Origin: the human T2T-CHM13v2.0 reference genome, Homo sapiens
DNA length: 64,000 bases
Reading direction: 5' to 3' (one strand)
NCBI RefSeq assembly: GCF_009914755.1
Contig: NC_060947.1
The number at the start of each line of letters is the position of its first letter. Within the stretch, counting starts at the first letter, position 1. The position numbers and the translations under genes are program-made. The notes beneath the pieces were generated by a model. It was not told the origin of the DNA. It saw nothing but the letters and a program-made list of their open reading frames with translations, and ran no database searches. Positions 61,675-64,000 of the stretch are shown piece after piece.

Positions 61675-62458
61675 TTTTTTTTTTTTTTTTCTGCTTTCAA
61701 CTAGGTGTTCGCCATGCCTTTTCCAACATTGGGCTTTGTATTGTTATTAAACAATGCCTACAAGGCCCTTTCCTCGACCCTCCTGAGTCTTTTAAACACA
61801 CATATGTTCTATTGACATTCATAATAAAGTAGAAAACAGAAGCTTTTAACAGCACAAATCAAGCTACCTCTCTCATTCCCCAAATTTGTCCTGATTATCT
61901 GGATACTACAAGGACATGTACCCTTTTAGCCCAAACCATTCAGTTGTTGAGGTTACTTTGAATGTGACTACACATGCAAACCAGATAAAGAAAACAAACT
62001 GAATTCAATAAACTCACAGGTCATTTACAAAATATTAACCCAGTTGTTAAATAGTTGCAGCTGGTCAGAGAAAAGGGCTGATGAAACTTATGCCACAGAC
62101 TCAGCCTCCCAGTATTTGAATGAATTTTGTTCCATATTATAGTTGCAGATTTCACAATTAATTTAGCCAAACACAAGTGCATTATTTTCATCACCCTTAA
62201 GAAAACCCTTATAATCCTGAAGTAATTTAGTAGATGTCCCTCAGAAGTTTGTGGTCCACAGTCGTAGTTTTGTTCTCTTGCTTTTTTTAACGTTCTCCAA
62301 AACCCTTTGACTCTCATTCCGCTACAAATTGGAGTGTTTACCTCAGAAAGAATGACTGTGGCTACCAGGGGGAAAGCTGAGAGTGAGTCCAATTTCTTTT
62401 GGCCTGTTTGGCTTTTTCTGGGTTGCTTTGAATGCCAGATTTTAAAAGATGGACTAAG

Positions 62459-63172
62459 TACCATCTCACACCAGTTAGAATGGTGATCATTAAAAAGTCA
62501 GCAAACAACAGATGCCGAAGAGGATGTGGAGAAACAGGAACGCTTTTACACTGTTGGTAGGAGTGTAAATTAGTTCAACCATTGTGGAAGACAGTGTGGC
62601 AATTCCTCAAGAATCTAGAAGCAGAAATACCATCTGACCCAGCAATCCAATTACTGGGTATATACCCAAAGGATTATAGATCATTCTACTATGAAGACAC
62701 ATGCACACATATGTTTATTGTGGCACTATTCACAAAAGCAGACTTCGAACCAACCCAAATGCCCATCAATGATAGACTGGATTAAGAAAATGTGGCACAC
62801 ATACACCATGGAATACTATGCAGCCATAAAAAAGGATGAGTTCATGTCCTTTGCAGGGACATGGATGAAGCTGGAAACCATCATTCTCAGCAAACTAACA
62901 CAGGAACAGAAAACCAAACACTGCATGTTCTCACTCATAAGTGGTAATTGAACAATGAGAACACTTGGACACAGGGAGGGGAACATCACACACTGTGGCC
63001 TGTTAGGGGGTGGGGGGTAAGGGGAGGGATAGCATTAGGAGAAATACCTAATGTAGACGATGGGTTGATGGGTGCAGCAAACCACCATGGCACATGTATA
63101 CCTATGTAACAAACCTGCACGTTCTGCACATGTATCCCAGAACTTAAAGTATAATAAAAAATAATAAAAAAC
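62459..63172 (+). mobile_element. 5'-truncated L1PA7-like 3' end
   Basis: ORF2 tail; 3'UTR gcagcaaaccaccatggcac...cacgttctgcacatgtatcccagaac; TSD GATGGACTAAG at 62448-62458 and 63173-63183. Confidence 0.9.
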
Positions 63173-64000
63173 GATGGACTAAGAAAAGAAAAATGAGAAA
63201 GAAAATAACAAATTTTGCCCTTCTTTTCTCCTGAAAGCATATGACCATTGCTGGACTTCTGAAATCTAAATCAGATCATCACTGCAGCTAATAGGTAAGT
63301 AAGTATAAACAAGTGCCTCAAGCCTTGGTATAAACCATGTATTTCATATTCTTCATTTATGGTGACTAAAATTGAATTCAAATTGCATTTTGTGGTATTT
63401 TGACTTCTCCTAAGGCATGTGCTTCTAGGAAATGAGGGAATCCAGGCTCTTTCTATGACCGCTGCTGATACTGTCACACTGTGTACCTATCCTTTTCCTC
63501 TGATTCTCCTCAGCACCTGCTCCTATCTTTCTAGAAAATTAGGATTCTACGAATTAGATGGAATGAATGCATTATATACCAGCAAGAATCCAAATAGAAA
63601 GATATTTTGGAAAGAGACATGTAATAAGAGTATGCCCATTTGGAATACTAAATATTTTATTGATGTAACAGAGAAAAGACTAATGAAATTTGCATATTAG
63701 GCAAAGCTGAGAGAGATCCCAGATATTTTAGAAGTCAGAATTGAAACAAAATGAAGTCCTGATCAATCAGATAAGCCATTCTGACTTCAAAGAAGACAAT
63801 GATAAAATACTGAATAATAAATAATACAAAGACTCCTCTATGTAAAGGGATTTTAAAAATTCAGATAGAATAAAAAATAAATGTGCAAAAAATTCTATAA
63901 TGTTATTCAACTTGAATGTGTTAAAACACATTAAAGTGAAACTTTGTGCATATTATTATTGAAGTAAGGTTGTTTACATAGTTGGAAAATCATTAACTTT

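Noticed and set aside
62021-62464. 147-aa minus-strand ORF
   Set aside because: No recognisable domain, starts at an L1 junction, and no supporting gene structure.

Overview
This is primate, most likely human, nuclear genomic DNA. It is AT-rich, dominated by repeats, and has no intact protein-coding gene, rRNA operon, CRISPR array or prokaryotic system. Almost all ORFs in the supplied track are fragments of L1 or Alu elements, or chance ORFs. Main contents: (1) a full-length L1PB-type LINE-1 (about 6200-17547) split by a full-length processed pseudogene of METTL15 (8888-13170; in frame throughout but with three premature stops, poly(A) tail and 12-bp target-site duplication) and by a young L1PA fragment with a likely 3' transduction; (2) a short, old mitochondrial insertion (NUMT) covering the 3' end of COX1 and the adjacent edge of tRNA-Ser(UCN), lying inside a Tigger3 transposon inside an L1M and itself split by an AluS (33339-33849), with a COX1 sequence that looks more ancestral than human; (3) an internally deleted L1PB that keeps both ends and its TSD; (4) an orphan poly(A)-tailed fragment and a second candidate transduction; (5) several small hairpin or templated-insertion scars. 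Repeat subfamily names and comparisons to reference genes come from recalled consensus sequences and need RepeatMasker/BLAST confirmation. I found no evidence of a new functional biological system; the interest lies in the nested insertion history.
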